Assembly (NCBI GenBank): GCA_949294735.1
Contig: CASFII010000008.1
Coordinates: 2,044-66,043, forward strand
DNA: 64,000 nucleotides
Source of the DNA: an uncultured Coriobacteriaceae bacterium
GTDB taxonomy: Bacteria; Actinomycetota; Coriobacteriia; Coriobacteriales; Eggerthellaceae
Direction: 5' to 3'
The first letter of the stretch is position 1; each line of letters begins with the position of its first letter. The notes below the pieces were generated by a model that ran no database searches, had not been told where the DNA came from, and was given only the letters and a program-made list of their open reading frames with translations. The position numbers and the translations under genes were made by a program. Shown here piece by piece: positions 1 through 10,485 of this stretch.

Positions 1-354
1 AATGGCTCGTTCAAGCAGGTGCACGTTGAAGATGTGCGCGAACTGATTGAATCGGGTGCCTACATCGTTGACGTACGTTCTTATGGCATGTTTATCGCAG
101 GTCACCTGGAAGGCGCGCACAACATTCCATTACAGCAACTGCGTGACCGCCTGGACGAAATCCCGCGTGACCAACCCATTTACGTACAGTGCAACATTGG
201 TCAGTCTAGCTACAACGCCTTGAAGGCTCTGGAAGGTGCTGGCTTTAAGGATCTGTACAACGTATCTGGCGGCTACATGGGGCTTTGCTATCACGAATGC
301 TTCGAAGACGAAACGACTGACCGCAAGTCCGTCATTACCGAATATCCGTGGTAA
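1..354 (+). CDS. rhodanese-like domain; 3' part of a gene cut by the window edge
   Basis: Frame is open from base 1 (NGSFKQ precedes the GTG at 19). Rhodanese-type layout with a Cys active-site-like loop, YVQCNIGQSS. Stop at 352-354. Confidence 0.65.
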   Translation, partial: NGSFKQVHVEDVRELIESGAYIVDVRSYGMFIAGHLEGAHNIPLQQLRDRLDEIPRDQPIYVQCNIGQSSYNALKALEGAGFKDLYNVSGGYMGLCYHECFEDETTDRKSVITEYPW

Positions 355-394
355 GAAAACCCGTAGTAAAACAGTCTAGTTTTAACTGTTCTAA

Positions 395-426
395 GTGGCT
401 GTCGTAAAGGCAGCCACTTTCATTTC
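395..426 (+). terminator. rho-independent terminator after the rhodanese-domain gene
   Basis: Hairpin GTGGCTG-N9-CAGCCAC (395-417) followed by TTTCATTTC. Confidence 0.6.
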
Positions 427-535
427 ATGAACCAGATGCTAAGTGTGAACAGCCGAACTTGTGCAGGTCCTAAACAATCGTACGCGAGTTCGCGAAAAGC
501 AAGTTCACGAAACTCCTCAGAAAGACTCTCACGCC

Positions 536-1312
536 TTATTCCCCAAGGAAATTGAGTACGCGGTTTTTGTAAGTTTCGTCTTCGTGCATCTTCTCAATCT
601 GAACTTTTCCTGCTTCAAGAATTTCGTCAGCACAAGTAGGCGGAACAGCAAACGCCAACCCAACATTCTCACGCATTGATGCATTAAAACCTACCAGATT
701 ATGCAGAACTGATTGTTCTTTTTTATCACCAACCAATATGAAGGTTTCTCCGTCAATTTCAGCCTTGTCATAACAAAGAGCGTACGGAATGCACACCTTG
801 TCTGATCCCGCCGAAAGAACAACCCCCAGATAATCAAAACGTCCCTGTAGAACACCATCACCTTTTGCGGCAACATCTTCAGCGAAGGCGCGGATAGCGC
901 GTTTTCTCCCCACAAAAGAAACCCTGTTGGGTGCAAATACCATCACGCCGAAAAAGACTGTCAGAGCGGGAAAAAGAATATAAATGACGAACACCCCGCC
1001 AAAACCGCCTACCACTTCGAGCATGTTAGCGCCGTCCATAAAACCCTTGATGGTCGCGGCAACCACAAAAGCATCGAACAGTAAACAGAAAATGAAATAT
1101 CCCTTGCCCGTACGGTGGCGATACTTCCTGTTGTAGGCACAGAGCATTCTATCGAAATACGCTTCCCCTGCCTCGATTTCCCACGTTTGGCCATAAGGGA
1201 TGTGTGATGTCCGCGTTTGGGGTTGGGACTCCATATTTTCTGTCAGAGTATCTTTTTTGGCGCTGTCCACCCTGTACTCCTCAATACCATCAAACCGCAA
1301 CACCACAAACAA
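536..1312 (-). CDS. hypothetical membrane protein (two central TM helices; possibly YcxB-like)
   Basis: 258-aa ORF with hydrophobic stretches FIFCLLFDAFVVAATI and GGFGGVFVIYILFPALTVFFGVMVF. The first codon is TTG with a weak RBS, so the start is uncertain. Confidence 0.4.
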   Translation of the reverse strand: MFVVLRFDGIEEYRVDSAKKDTLTENMESQPQTRTSHIPYGQTWEIEAGEAYFDRMLCAYNRKYRHRTGKGYFIFCLLFDAFVVAATIKGFMDGANMLEVVGGFGGVFVIYILFPALTVFFGVMVFAPNRVSFVGRKRAIRAFAEDVAAKGDGVLQGRFDYLGVVLSAGSDKVCIPYALCYDKAEIDGETFILVGDKKEQSVLHNLVGFNASMRENVGLAFAVPPTCADEILEAGKVQIEKMHEDETYKNRVLNFLGE

Positions 1313-1427
1313 CTTTTACTTCAGTCTTTTTGTTTATCTTGATGCTTTCAGTATAGGAGCCTTATTTATTCTGACACGTAAAGCCTGAGTAAAAACTACC
1401 ATCGCTATCGACCTATCATGCTAAATC

Positions 1428-2408
1428 TTAGAGGTTCTTAGTAAAGAATTCTTCAATAGCGTCAAACGGAATAGCGTCATTTTTACCACCGTCATATAAG
1501 TCGGTATGCACCGCTCCAGGTACCAGCACCAATTCCTTGTTGTCACCCTTCAGCAGAGAGAAGGCATCTTTACCCATGTAGCAGGAATGAGCTGCGTCTC
1601 CATGTAGCACCATGACAGCGTTTTCTATTTCTGAAGCATAGGCCAATAGTGGTTGGTTTATAAAGCTCATCGTGCCAATAATGTTCCAACCGTCGTTTGA
1701 ATTCAGCGAACGAGGATGGTAGCCGCGTTCGGTCTTGTAGTAGTCGTAGTAATCCTTCACGAAGAAAGGAGCATCTTCGGGCAACGGATCCACTACACCA
1801 CCAGCGCGTTTGTAAAAACCTGCTTTATAATCTGCTGTGCGCTGAGCAGCAAATGCCTTCCGCTGTTCCATACGAGCCTCTTCGCTGTCGTAGGAATCAA
1901 AATAACCCTTGGCCGCAATGCGACTCATATCGTACATAGTTGAAGCCACCGTTGCTTTAATGCGCGGATCAAGAGCAGCTGCGTTCAGCGCCAGTCCGCC
2001 CCAGCCACAAATGCCTATGATGCCAATTTTTTCTGCGTCGACATCATCGCGACAGCTTAGATAGTCAACCGCTGCTAGGAAATCTTCCGTATTAATGTCG
2101 GGCGAAGCCATGTAACGGGGCTGCCCACCAGATTCGCCCGTATAAGAAGGGTCGAACGCAATGGATAAAAACCCACGCTCTGCCATAGTTTGAGCATAGA
2201 AACCCGAAGCCTGTTCCTTTACGGCGCCAAACGGACCTGAAACAGCTAACGCAGCGTACGGAGCCTTTCCTTTCTTTGGTTTGTATATATCGGCCGCAAG
2301 CGTAATGCCATAGCGATTGTGAAATGTTACTTTTTCGTGCTCTACTTTGTCAGACAAAGCAAATGTTTTGTCCCATTCCTGCGTTAAGACCAACGATTCT
2401 TCACTCAT
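1428..2408 (-). CDS. alpha/beta hydrolase (dienelactone-hydrolase-like, Cys nucleophile elbow)
   Basis: 326 aa. Nucleophile-elbow-like GICGWGG. Good RBS (AAAGGAAA) upstream of the ATG. Confidence 0.75.
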   Translation of the reverse strand: MSEESLVLTQEWDKTFALSDKVEHEKVTFHNRYGITLAADIYKPKKGKAPYAALAVSGPFGAVKEQASGFYAQTMAERGFLSIAFDPSYTGESGGQPRYMASPDINTEDFLAAVDYLSCRDDVDAEKIGIIGICGWGGLALNAAALDPRIKATVASTMYDMSRIAAKGYFDSYDSEEARMEQRKAFAAQRTADYKAGFYKRAGGVVDPLPEDAPFFVKDYYDYYKTERGYHPRSLNSNDGWNIIGTMSFINQPLLAYASEIENAVMVLHGDAAHSCYMGKDAFSLLKGDNKELVLVPGAVHTDLYDGGKNDAIPFDAIEEFFTKNL

Positions 2409-2507
2409 GATAATTTTCCTTTCTTTACGAAGACTTTAATAACGTCCGTATTCGCGAACTGGTTGGATAGCTACACCTTCAAGGGCGGGTAAAGAAACTT
2501 TACATTC

Positions 2508-3713
2508 TCAGCTTGGTTGGGAGGCTGTGCTTTCGCAGGCGGCTTGAGAAGGTTGCAGCGCGCGAAGGCACGCAATGCGCCACCCGATAAACCCAATACC
2601 TACCACTACAAAGATGACTGCACCGCCTATAGATGCCTGAGTACCTGCTTGAGCAATGAAAGCTCCACAGAGCGCGGTACCCATGGTGGTGCCCAAATTA
2701 GCTGCCGTTAAATATAGACCGTTACTGAAATCTGGGGCTTCAGGGGCAGAACGTGACACCATGTACTGGTTGGCGTTGTTCGCGATACCAGCAACAACAC
2801 CCAAAACCGCTACCACCAACGCCGTAACGCCACTCAGGCCACCCACCACAAACAAAACACCGTAGAACCCCAGCAATATAACCGGCATAGAAAGAAGCGT
2901 TTTGGTTTCGGCTCGTCCCAGGGCAAAACCTGACAGCACATTGCCAACAATATTCATCCCGCCATAAACCAATAAAACAACGCTCACCATAAGGGTACTC
3001 ATGCCAGAAACTGTTCCAAAGAAGTCAGACATGAAGCTATAGAAGCCAAACATTCCGCCGTTCACAAATACGGTCGCCAATAACGACGCCCAAACGGCGG
3101 GCTTTTTTAAAATTGACAGTTGCCCGCCATAGGACAGCGCTTCTTTCACCGGCATACTGGGAACCAGAAGAATCGTCGCAAGAAACACCACGATGGTTAC
3201 TACGGCGAAAAACGCCAAGGCCGCCTGCAAAGCTTCGGTGCCTGCTAAAAAACTTGCACACGGAGGCCCAATTACCATGCCCGCAGAAACGCCCGCAAAC
3301 ACACGAGAAGAAGATTTCGCCTGTTCGGCTGGCGTATCACCGACCGTAGATGCTATTGCCATAGCCATTGAAACGTACAAAGGATGAAAGGCTGCAGGAA
3401 TAATTCGCGCAGCAAATAAGAGCTCGAAGGTGGGAGCCCATATGGCTAAAAGATTGCACAACGAAAACACTCCCAGCGAAAGCAGCATGACCGTTTTGCG
3501 GTTCACCTTCGAAAACAACAACGGCATGGTAGGTCCTGCAACGGCAACTATGAGCGCAAAACCGCTTACCAAAAAACCTGCCTCAGGAACACTTACGGAA
3601 TACCATTCGGATACTTGGGGGATTATTCCCACCACGCCCATTTCAGTATTTAGAATGCCGAAGACCCCAACAGCTAATACAAATACGAAGAGGTTTTTAC
3701 TGGCGTATGCCAT
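2508..3713 (-). CDS. MFS transporter (12-TM sugar/drug efflux type)
   Basis: 401 aa and hydrophobic throughout, with about 12 predicted helices and an MFS-like loop after TM2. Confidence 0.8.
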   Translation of the reverse strand: MAYASKNLFVFVLAVGVFGILNTEMGVVGIIPQVSEWYSVSVPEAGFLVSGFALIVAVAGPTMPLLFSKVNRKTVMLLSLGVFSLCNLLAIWAPTFELLFAARIIPAAFHPLYVSMAMAIASTVGDTPAEQAKSSSRVFAGVSAGMVIGPPCASFLAGTEALQAALAFFAVVTIVVFLATILLVPSMPVKEALSYGGQLSILKKPAVWASLLATVFVNGGMFGFYSFMSDFFGTVSGMSTLMVSVVLLVYGGMNIVGNVLSGFALGRAETKTLLSMPVILLGFYGVLFVVGGLSGVTALVVAVLGVVAGIANNANQYMVSRSAPEAPDFSNGLYLTAANLGTTMGTALCGAFIAQAGTQASIGGAVIFVVVGIGFIGWRIACLRALQPSQAACESTASQPS

Positions 3714-3912
3714 GGATGTTTCTCCTTACGAGGTTTTCTTGTGTTGCAAGCAAAACTTCTCTTGCAGCCTTTGTTCCATCGTAAAGGAGAAATTGAAATA
3801 AAGGTATTGCTTATACTTTATAATTTATTATTCGTTTTAGGCATAGCTTCTAGTGAATCGTTGAACCTTGCTATCATCAAAACATAGTTAGGTGGGCGCA
3901 TCTTCTCCGCCC

Positions 3913-4797
3913 TTATGCTAGAACGTCGCTAGCGCGTACATTTTCTAAGAAAAGCTGTGCGGCTTTCGAGAATACCTGGTTATGCTTCCACACTAAATCG
4001 ATGACCGAAATTACGGGCGGATACAATAAGCGAAACACCAAATCCGTTCCCTCTCCCACCATCGCTAAATTTTCAAGAGAACACACGTACCCAACGCCTT
4101 CTCGTGCAAGCATAACTGCGTTAAATACTAGGTTATACGTGGCCACCACGTTGAGCTTGTTGACGCTGGTTTCAAACCACATATCCAACGCTCCCGTTTC
4201 AAGCGCTTGACGAGAAACAATAAGCGGCTGATTTCGTAGATCGCTAGGTTGAATTACTTCTTTTTGCGCCAAAGGATCATCTTTACGCATAATGACACCC
4301 CAAGCATCGGTTGGCTTAAAGCGCAGGTGCGCATACTTACTGATGTCGGGATATGAAATAAGGATAGAGAAATCATCCAAACCGCGTTCTAAGCGCCCAA
4401 TTGTTTCTTCTGCATTGCCGCTGTGTAAATGAAAACGAACCTGCGGATATTGCTCTCGGAAGGAGCGAATGCATTTGGCTATAGCAAGCACGCCCTGACT
4501 TTCGCCACCACCAATATGTACGTCACCTTCTACTATGTCGTCACTTTGAGAGAAATCTGCCTCAGTCTGTTCTGCTAAGGCAACAATTTCTTCAGCGCGT
4601 CGTTGAAGGTAAAGTCCCTGTTCGGTAGGCACCACCCTACGACTTCCTCTATGCAGCAAAGTGCAACCTAGTTCACGTTCAAGATCTGCTATCTGGCGCG
4701 AAAGAGTAGGCTGCGTTACATGCAACACCTCGGCCGCGCGCGACATAGTTCCCTCACGACAAACAGTGAGGTAATACCGCAAAACACGAATCTCCAT
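3913..4797 (-). CDS. LysR-family transcriptional regulator
   Basis: N-terminal HTH MEIRVLRYYLTVCREGTMSRAAEVLHVTQPTLSRQIADLE plus a LysR substrate-binding domain. Start set at the ATG at 4797, which is preceded by AAGGAGG; the ORF-track start at 4824 is probably too long. Confidence 0.9.
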   Translation of the reverse strand: MEIRVLRYYLTVCREGTMSRAAEVLHVTQPTLSRQIADLERELGCTLLHRGSRRVVPTEQGLYLQRRAEEIVALAEQTEADFSQSDDIVEGDVHIGGGESQGVLAIAKCIRSFREQYPQVRFHLHSGNAEETIGRLERGLDDFSILISYPDISKYAHLRFKPTDAWGVIMRKDDPLAQKEVIQPSDLRNQPLIVSRQALETGALDMWFETSVNKLNVVATYNLVFNAVMLAREGVGYVCSLENLAMVGEGTDLVFRLLYPPVISVIDLVWKHNQVFSKAAQLFLENVRASDVLA

Positions 4798-4990
4798 GGT
4801 GCCTCCTTTATGCTTTTTAGGCATAGTAGGGTATTAAATATAAGTAATTGTATAGCTCTCCCCTTTGGCAAACAATATAAGCAGAAAACTACAACTTCGA
4901 TGAGCAGTTGCACGAGCGTGATGCTTGCGCAAAGACGGAACCTTGTAGTTCGTATAAATGACGCATGCGAATTATGCATAGGAGAACACC

Positions 4991-5356
4991 ATGGCAACAA
5001 AAATACTGATGCATTTTGGGGAAGTTTCCGTTCCGGGCATCCTGAATGACAGCGAAACATCACAGGCTTTTGCACAGCATTTGCCGACAACTATTTCTGT
5101 TAACGGCACAGGCATAGACTTTTGTGGACATATGGGTTTTTCGCTTCCCTATCAACCTAGTCAGGTTCACCACGGCTGGAAAAACGGTGACATTAATTAC
5201 AACCCTGGTGGCGGCTGGTTTGCTCTGCTATTTGACGACGAAGAAAATTCTCAGCGTTACGGAGATCAGATAAATTTAGGACGTGTTGAAGGATCGCTTG
5301 ATGTGCTGCACGCCTTATCCGGATCGTTTCACCTGTATATTGAATGCGTCAAATAG
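4991..5356 (+). CDS. cyclophilin-like-fold family protein (uncharacterised)
   Basis: 121 aa. The pattern LNDSETSQAF..LP...GDINYNPGGGWF..LGRV is typical of the small cyclophilin-like superfamily proteins. Divergent from the LysR gene. Confidence 0.6.
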   Translation: MATKILMHFGEVSVPGILNDSETSQAFAQHLPTTISVNGTGIDFCGHMGFSLPYQPSQVHHGWKNGDINYNPGGGWFALLFDDEENSQRYGDQINLGRVEGSLDVLHALSGSFHLYIECVK

Positions 5357-5364
5357 GGGTACTC

Positions 5365-5883
5365 ATGAAAATTCTTATTCTTAACGGGAGCTACCGACCC
5401 AATGGAGGTACGGCGGCAATGGTTGAAGCCTTCAAAGAAGGGGCTCTGGCGGCTGGTCATACGGTAGATACAATCAACGTTGCTCATTTAGAAATTAGCG
5501 GCTGCCGTGGCTGCGAATATTGCCACACTAAGGGTAACGGCTCCTGTATTCAACACGACGGAATGGAAGAGGTATATCGGTCGTGGGATGAAGCCGATAT
5601 GATTGTTTTGGCAAGCCCTATCTACTACGGCTCGTTCTCAAGTCAGCTGCATTCTGCCATCCATCGCACCTATGCTGGTGACAAGCCAAAGAACTGCAAA
5701 AAGATGGCTCTTTTGCTTTGCTCAGGCGCCTCTGGCGTGTACGAAAACGCAGAAAACATCTACCACAGATTTATTGCCGGCTATTACGGCACAAAAGATA
5801 TGGGCATCTTTGAGGCGACCACTTCCAAAGCAAGGTCTACCGAAATGCGAGAAGCTATTCGTTCATTCGCCTCAAAATTATAA
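5365..5883 (+). CDS. flavodoxin-like fold NAD(P)H-dependent FMN reductase / iron-sulfur flavoprotein-like
   Basis: MKILILNGSYRPNGGT N-terminus and Cys cluster CRGCEYC. Start at the ATG at 5365, after a GGGG RBS. Confidence 0.75.
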   Translation: MKILILNGSYRPNGGTAAMVEAFKEGALAAGHTVDTINVAHLEISGCRGCEYCHTKGNGSCIQHDGMEEVYRSWDEADMIVLASPIYYGSFSSQLHSAIHRTYAGDKPKNCKKMALLLCSGASGVYENAENIYHRFIAGYYGTKDMGIFEATTSKARSTEMREAIRSFASKL

Positions 5884-5956
5884 GGAATCAAATCTAAATT
5901 AATCTCAGAATGATGAAGAATCGCCGCTGCAAGGAAAACATCATGAGGAATGTCAT

Positions 5957-6565
5957 ATGACTTCGAAATCCAAAAACAATGCACCGCACTCTCAGTATAA
6001 GAACGTTCACTTTAATTCGGCGCTTGCAGCAATCTTTTTTGCAGCAGCATTTTTGTTTTTACTATACGGCTGCAGCGCGAATGAACCAAGCTCAAACGCT
6101 GATCAAGGCGACTCAAGCGCACAGACCCAGGCGCAACAAGCAAGAACGCAAGCCTTAGAAGAACCCTCGAATCAATCCTCAACAGATAACCAGGAAAGCG
6201 ACATGACTACACAAAACATCACGGTAGAGATTAATGGACACACCATGCAAGCAACTTTGGTGGACAATTCATCTACTGAAGCATTTTTGAAACTGTTGAA
6301 AGAAGGCTCTCTAAGCGTTCCTATGCATGACTATGCAGACATGGAAAAGGTAGGTCAACTAGGAATCAGTCTCCCTGCCAACAACGAACGCATTACCACC
6401 AACCCTGGTGACATCATTTTGTATCAAGGCAACCAAATTACTATTTACTACGATGAAAACACCTGGAGCTTGACGCGCCTGGGCACCATTCAGAACATAA
6501 GTGCTGCAGAGCTGCGCAACATTTTAGGAACTGGATCGGTAGAAGTAACCTTTTCGCTCATATAA
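5957..6565 (+). CDS. lipoprotein with C-terminal cyclophilin-like domain
   Basis: Signal peptide with lipobox LLYGC, a Q/S-rich linker, then ITVEINGHTMQATLVDNSSTEAF...NPGDIILYQGNQITIYY (cyclophilin-like family pattern). Confidence 0.6.
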   Translation: MTSKSKNNAPHSQYKNVHFNSALAAIFFAAAFLFLLYGCSANEPSSNADQGDSSAQTQAQQARTQALEEPSNQSSTDNQESDMTTQNITVEINGHTMQATLVDNSSTEAFLKLLKEGSLSVPMHDYADMEKVGQLGISLPANNERITTNPGDIILYQGNQITIYYDENTWSLTRLGTIQNISAAELRNILGTGSVEVTFSLI

Positions 6566-6598
6566 GACAAGAGCAGCTGAGTTCACATCGATAGTGTT

Positions 6599-7663
6599 TT
6601 ACTGGCAGTAAAGCGTCCAGACAGAGGGGTCAGTGTCCGCGAATTCGCAGCCTTCGCAGGTAGGTTTGAAACAAGTGCGTACCGCCTTCTGGGCATTCTT
6701 CAGTTCAGGCAGAAACTCTGGGTTCGCTTTTTGTCCTTGTATCTGTGCCACCACCATGGCAGCAATTTGCCGCATACCTAAAGCACTGGGGTGCACACCG
6801 TCCACTGCATCATAGCAAACACCATAAGCAGCAAGGTCTGCCACGTGTACACGCGAACCCTGTTGCTTTACCGCGTTCTTGATTGCCTGGTTATAATCCT
6901 CCAAGGGAATACCCCTAATACTGAATTTAAAGCACCCACTAGGCTCTTCGTAGCTGTTGCGCCATCTATAGCCGCTGGGATTTCCGCAATCACGAGGTTT
7001 TTCCTCAGCGCGGCTTACAGATTGTTTGGAAGCAGGAGCCAGTGTCACACACCAAATTTCAGCCTGAGGCACCATCTGAGAAATCTTTTGAAGCATCTGA
7101 GCATATGACTCTTGAAAGCGCTGGAGTGCGTCACGCCCTACCGTCATTACTACGTGCGCAGTAGGTAAGGTGTAATCCATGTGGTTTAAAATTCGACCCG
7201 AGCGTTCTGTCGCTTGATCTCCACAACCACCAGTTTGACCCGCGTATTCTTCACACTTGGTCAGTTCGCTCGCAACCTCTTCGCGGCGCGCTGAGGCTGA
7301 AGTACTTCCTCCCAAAACCTGATTGAGCGCACCTCCCCAACCATAGTCATTGATGCCCATAAACACCAACACCACATCGGGCAGCACGCCATGTGCTGCC
7401 AAGGCAGCAATACGTTCATCACTCACTCCAGCAGGGAACCCAAATCCTTCAACCGTAGACCCTGAAAAAGAAGAGTTTGCAACCAGGTGGCCGCCCAGCT
7501 TGGAAATCACGCGGCCCCACCAAGTGTCTAGAGGTTTTTGAATTCCTTCAACGTGCGCTTCGCCTTCATAATGAACACGCCAACCCTGGGGTACCCAACC
7601 CTGAAGCGTACTGATGGAATCGCCCAGAATTGAAATCCCAGGATTATTTTCAGACAAATTCAT
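6599..7663 (-). CDS. SGNH/GDSL-family hydrolase with Cys-rich C-terminal tail
   Basis: Block I GDSIS near the N-terminus (ISILGDSIST) and later GINDYGWG. C-terminal CFKPTCEGCEF. Confidence 0.7.
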   Translation of the reverse strand: MNLSENNPGISILGDSISTLQGWVPQGWRVHYEGEAHVEGIQKPLDTWWGRVISKLGGHLVANSSFSGSTVEGFGFPAGVSDERIAALAAHGVLPDVVLVFMGINDYGWGGALNQVLGGSTSASARREEVASELTKCEEYAGQTGGCGDQATERSGRILNHMDYTLPTAHVVMTVGRDALQRFQESYAQMLQKISQMVPQAEIWCVTLAPASKQSVSRAEEKPRDCGNPSGYRWRNSYEEPSGCFKFSIRGIPLEDYNQAIKNAVKQQGSRVHVADLAAYGVCYDAVDGVHPSALGMRQIAAMVVAQIQGQKANPEFLPELKNAQKAVRTCFKPTCEGCEFADTDPSVWTLYCQ

Positions 7664-7688
7664 GAGCTCTCATTTCCTAGCGCAAGGT

Positions 7689-9035
7689 TCATTGCATCTG
7701 CATCCATGCATTTCCTCTGGCGCGAATGCCGTTCGCAACCGCACGTCCGCCCATCAAAAAGATGCCCATAGTTATCCAAAGAGCTGCTATGCGCACCAAA
7801 TCGTTGGGCAACTGCGGACTTATGAATAACACCAATACTAGCAGCGCGCCAACGTGCACCGCCGCAGCTGCGGTAACCGTTGCTGCCAAATAGCGGAAGT
7901 CACCTGCGCCTATTAAGATGCCATCAAGTGCCCACATCCAACCTGCCAAAGGCATCACCACACCCGCAGCTATCATGCCCGCAGTAACCAGAGCCTGGAT
8001 AGAAGGACTCGGGGAAAACAAGGGTGCTGCCACGGTACCCAACACAGCAAACAACACACCTACTACCACGCCCAGCACCAAACCCGCACGTGCGGTGTCC
8101 TGCGTCAATGTACGCGCCCGTTCATAAGCACGTGCGCCAATTTCGGCGCCCACCAACGTTTGTCCAGCAATCGCCACCGAATCCAAAGCGTTCGCGGCAA
8201 AATTCCAGGTTGCATTAATCACCTGATAGCTTGCTAAAACCGCTGGTCCCATAGACGCTGCTGCCATAACCGAAGCCACCATGCCAGCGCGCAGCGCAAG
8301 CGTTCGTACAAACAAGGGAAATCCGTCGCCACCCGCATGAGCAATACCTGCAAGCTGAGGTTTTAGCGAAGCGCCGCCTTGCAAAGCGTAGCGAATAGCA
8401 GGCACACACAGAAAAATTCCCATAAACCACTGCGCAATGGCCGTAGCAATGCCAGAACCAGCAATACCCCAACCCCACACAATGACAAACAAGACATCCA
8501 ACACCGTATTCAAAAGCGCGCCGCCCACGGCAGCAACCAGCGTAATCCCCACCTTTTGCAACCCACGAAACACGCCGTTCGCTGCATACACTAGAAGCAT
8601 GCCAGGAACTCCCAGCACTACTGTTTGCACATACACTGCACCTTGACTGAGGGTTTCACCGGTTCCGCCTAAAAGTGCACACAGCGTTTCAGCACCCATA
8701 AACAGCGCGGCCGCCAGCACCAGCCCAATACAAAGCGAAAGCCAAAGCCCATTCATGCCTGCTTGCAAACCTTCGCGGCGCTTCTCCGCACCAAACAAAC
8801 GCGCCACCTGGGATGTTGTTGAATACGCCAAAAAGATACACAGACCCACGGCTGTCAGAACCACGGTAGAGCCCAGCGAAAGACCCGCTAGTGCAGAATC
8901 GCTTACGTGTCCCACAATAGCTGTGTCAATAAGCACGAACACAGGCTCAGCCGCTAGCTGCCCAAACGTCGGAATAGCCAGAAGCAGAAGCTTTTTATGG
9001 ATTGATGTATGTTCTAAGGAAGCCTGCTCGTTCAC
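7689..9035 (-). CDS. MATE-family efflux transporter (DinF-like)
   Basis: 448 aa, 12-TM pattern, N-terminal LLLAIPTFGQLAAEPVFVLIDTAIVGH typical of MATE. GTG start. Confidence 0.85.
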   Translation of the reverse strand: MNEQASLEHTSIHKKLLLLAIPTFGQLAAEPVFVLIDTAIVGHVSDSALAGLSLGSTVVLTAVGLCIFLAYSTTSQVARLFGAEKRREGLQAGMNGLWLSLCIGLVLAAALFMGAETLCALLGGTGETLSQGAVYVQTVVLGVPGMLLVYAANGVFRGLQKVGITLVAAVGGALLNTVLDVLFVIVWGWGIAGSGIATAIAQWFMGIFLCVPAIRYALQGGASLKPQLAGIAHAGGDGFPLFVRTLALRAGMVASVMAAASMGPAVLASYQVINATWNFAANALDSVAIAGQTLVGAEIGARAYERARTLTQDTARAGLVLGVVVGVLFAVLGTVAAPLFSPSPSIQALVTAGMIAAGVVMPLAGWMWALDGILIGAGDFRYLAATVTAAAAVHVGALLVLVLFISPQLPNDLVRIAALWITMGIFLMGGRAVANGIRARGNAWMQMQ

Positions 9036-9396
9036 GCTAGTTGTATCCTGTTGTTTGTATACCTCGTTTTTAGTTCTATTCGCTCGTCAAGCATTGTATC
9101 AATTCAAAAGGAAAAGCTAACAAAACGCTTATAATCCCGACTTCGCTAAAGCGAAAACTTCTCCTAAGCCACGCTATTCCTACCCGTCTGCGTAACCCTC
9201 GTCAACTTATAACCAATTGGTCACTATACTGTGATGTGAATGTTACATACGCTCCTTAGGTACGGCGATATAATTTGCGCCTCAATTCGCTCGCTAGAAG
9301 TTGCACACCTCCATAAGGCGTCCAACTTTAACGGATAGAACGGAAGCGATTTTAAACCAAGGTCTGAGCAAGAAACTCAGACAAAAAGGAGGCATT

Positions 9397-10362
9397 ATGT
9401 GTACGGGCATTTGTTTTGTCGACGCCGAAGGAAAGATGTACTTCGGTAGAAATCTCGACTGGACTCAGGGCTACGGAGAGCGCGTGGTTGTAACGCCTCC
9501 TGCCACCAAAATCCCCTCGGCTTTTAAGCGACCCAAAGACGCTGCCAAAGGGCATGCCGTTATTGGCATGGGTATTGTGGTTGAAGGGATTCCTCTCTAT
9601 TTCGACTGCGGAAATGACACGGGACTTGCCATCGCAGGGCTCAACTTCCCTCAAAGCGCCCACTATGCGGATAAGCCCAAAACGGGTTCTATCAATGTCG
9701 CGGCATACGAATTCCCCTTCTGGGTTGTTCGCAATTTTTCGAACCTGCAGGAAGTTCGCGAAATCCTTCCTCGTGTCACGATAGTTGCCAAACCAGTTAA
9801 CGAGTATCTTTCGGTCGCAAACCTCCATTGGATTATTGGCGACGCAACGGGAAGCATCGTTGTTGAATGCATGGCAGATGGGCTTCATGTCTGGGAAAAC
9901 GACGCAGACGTCTTGACCAACGAACCCAACTTCGAGTGGCAACGCACCAACTTACGCAACTACCTCATGCTGAGCGACGAAGAACCCACACACGCTACCT
10001 GGGGCAAATCCGAATTGGCTCCGTTTGGTTCAGGCATGGGAATGCAGGGAATTCCTGGTGACTACAGTGGACCCGCTCGTTTCGTAAAAGCAGCGTTTGT
10101 AAACAGCCACTACCCCACTCAAACTGGCGAAGAGGCAAATGTTACGCGCCTTTTCAGAACGCTTGGTTCGGTGGCAGTTCCCGATGGTTGCGCAAAGATG
10201 GCAGATGGTTCGTACGAAAAGACCCTTTACACCAGTTGCTTTTCCGCATCTACCTTGACGTATTACCACGCCACCTACGACAACCCGCAAATTGTTGCTT
10301 ATCCTCTTTCGTCAGTCGATCTTGCGGGAACAGAACCTACCTTCGCCCTGGCTTCCGCCTAA
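9397..10362 (+). CDS. choloylglycine hydrolase family (bile-salt hydrolase / penicillin V acylase type Ntn hydrolase)
   Basis: Start MCTGICF places the nucleophile Cys directly after Met. AAGGAGG lies 5 nt upstream of the ATG at 9397. NLDW motif present. The annotated longer ORF (from 9301) is rejected. Confidence 0.85.
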   Translation: MCTGICFVDAEGKMYFGRNLDWTQGYGERVVVTPPATKIPSAFKRPKDAAKGHAVIGMGIVVEGIPLYFDCGNDTGLAIAGLNFPQSAHYADKPKTGSINVAAYEFPFWVVRNFSNLQEVREILPRVTIVAKPVNEYLSVANLHWIIGDATGSIVVECMADGLHVWENDADVLTNEPNFEWQRTNLRNYLMLSDEEPTHATWGKSELAPFGSGMGMQGIPGDYSGPARFVKAAFVNSHYPTQTGEEANVTRLFRTLGSVAVPDGCAKMADGSYEKTLYTSCFSASTLTYYHATYDNPQIVAYPLSSVDLAGTEPTFALASA

Positions 10363-10485
10363 CAAACACGGGAGCAGGCGCGCAGACTTTCCCGCGTGAT
10401 GCATCTGCACGAACCTTCCAGCGTGGTGCTCCCATTTTTAACTCTTTAGCGCCGCCTTTAGGTGCTCTCTTGAAAAGGAGGAAAC

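Noticed and set aside
1415-1430. The 13-mer CATGCTAAATCTT is shared between 1415-1430 and 26735-26750, raising the idea of island boundary repeats.
   Set aside because: A single 13-bp match is within chance expectation for a 64-kb window searched against itself. The positions also do not bracket any coherent island.
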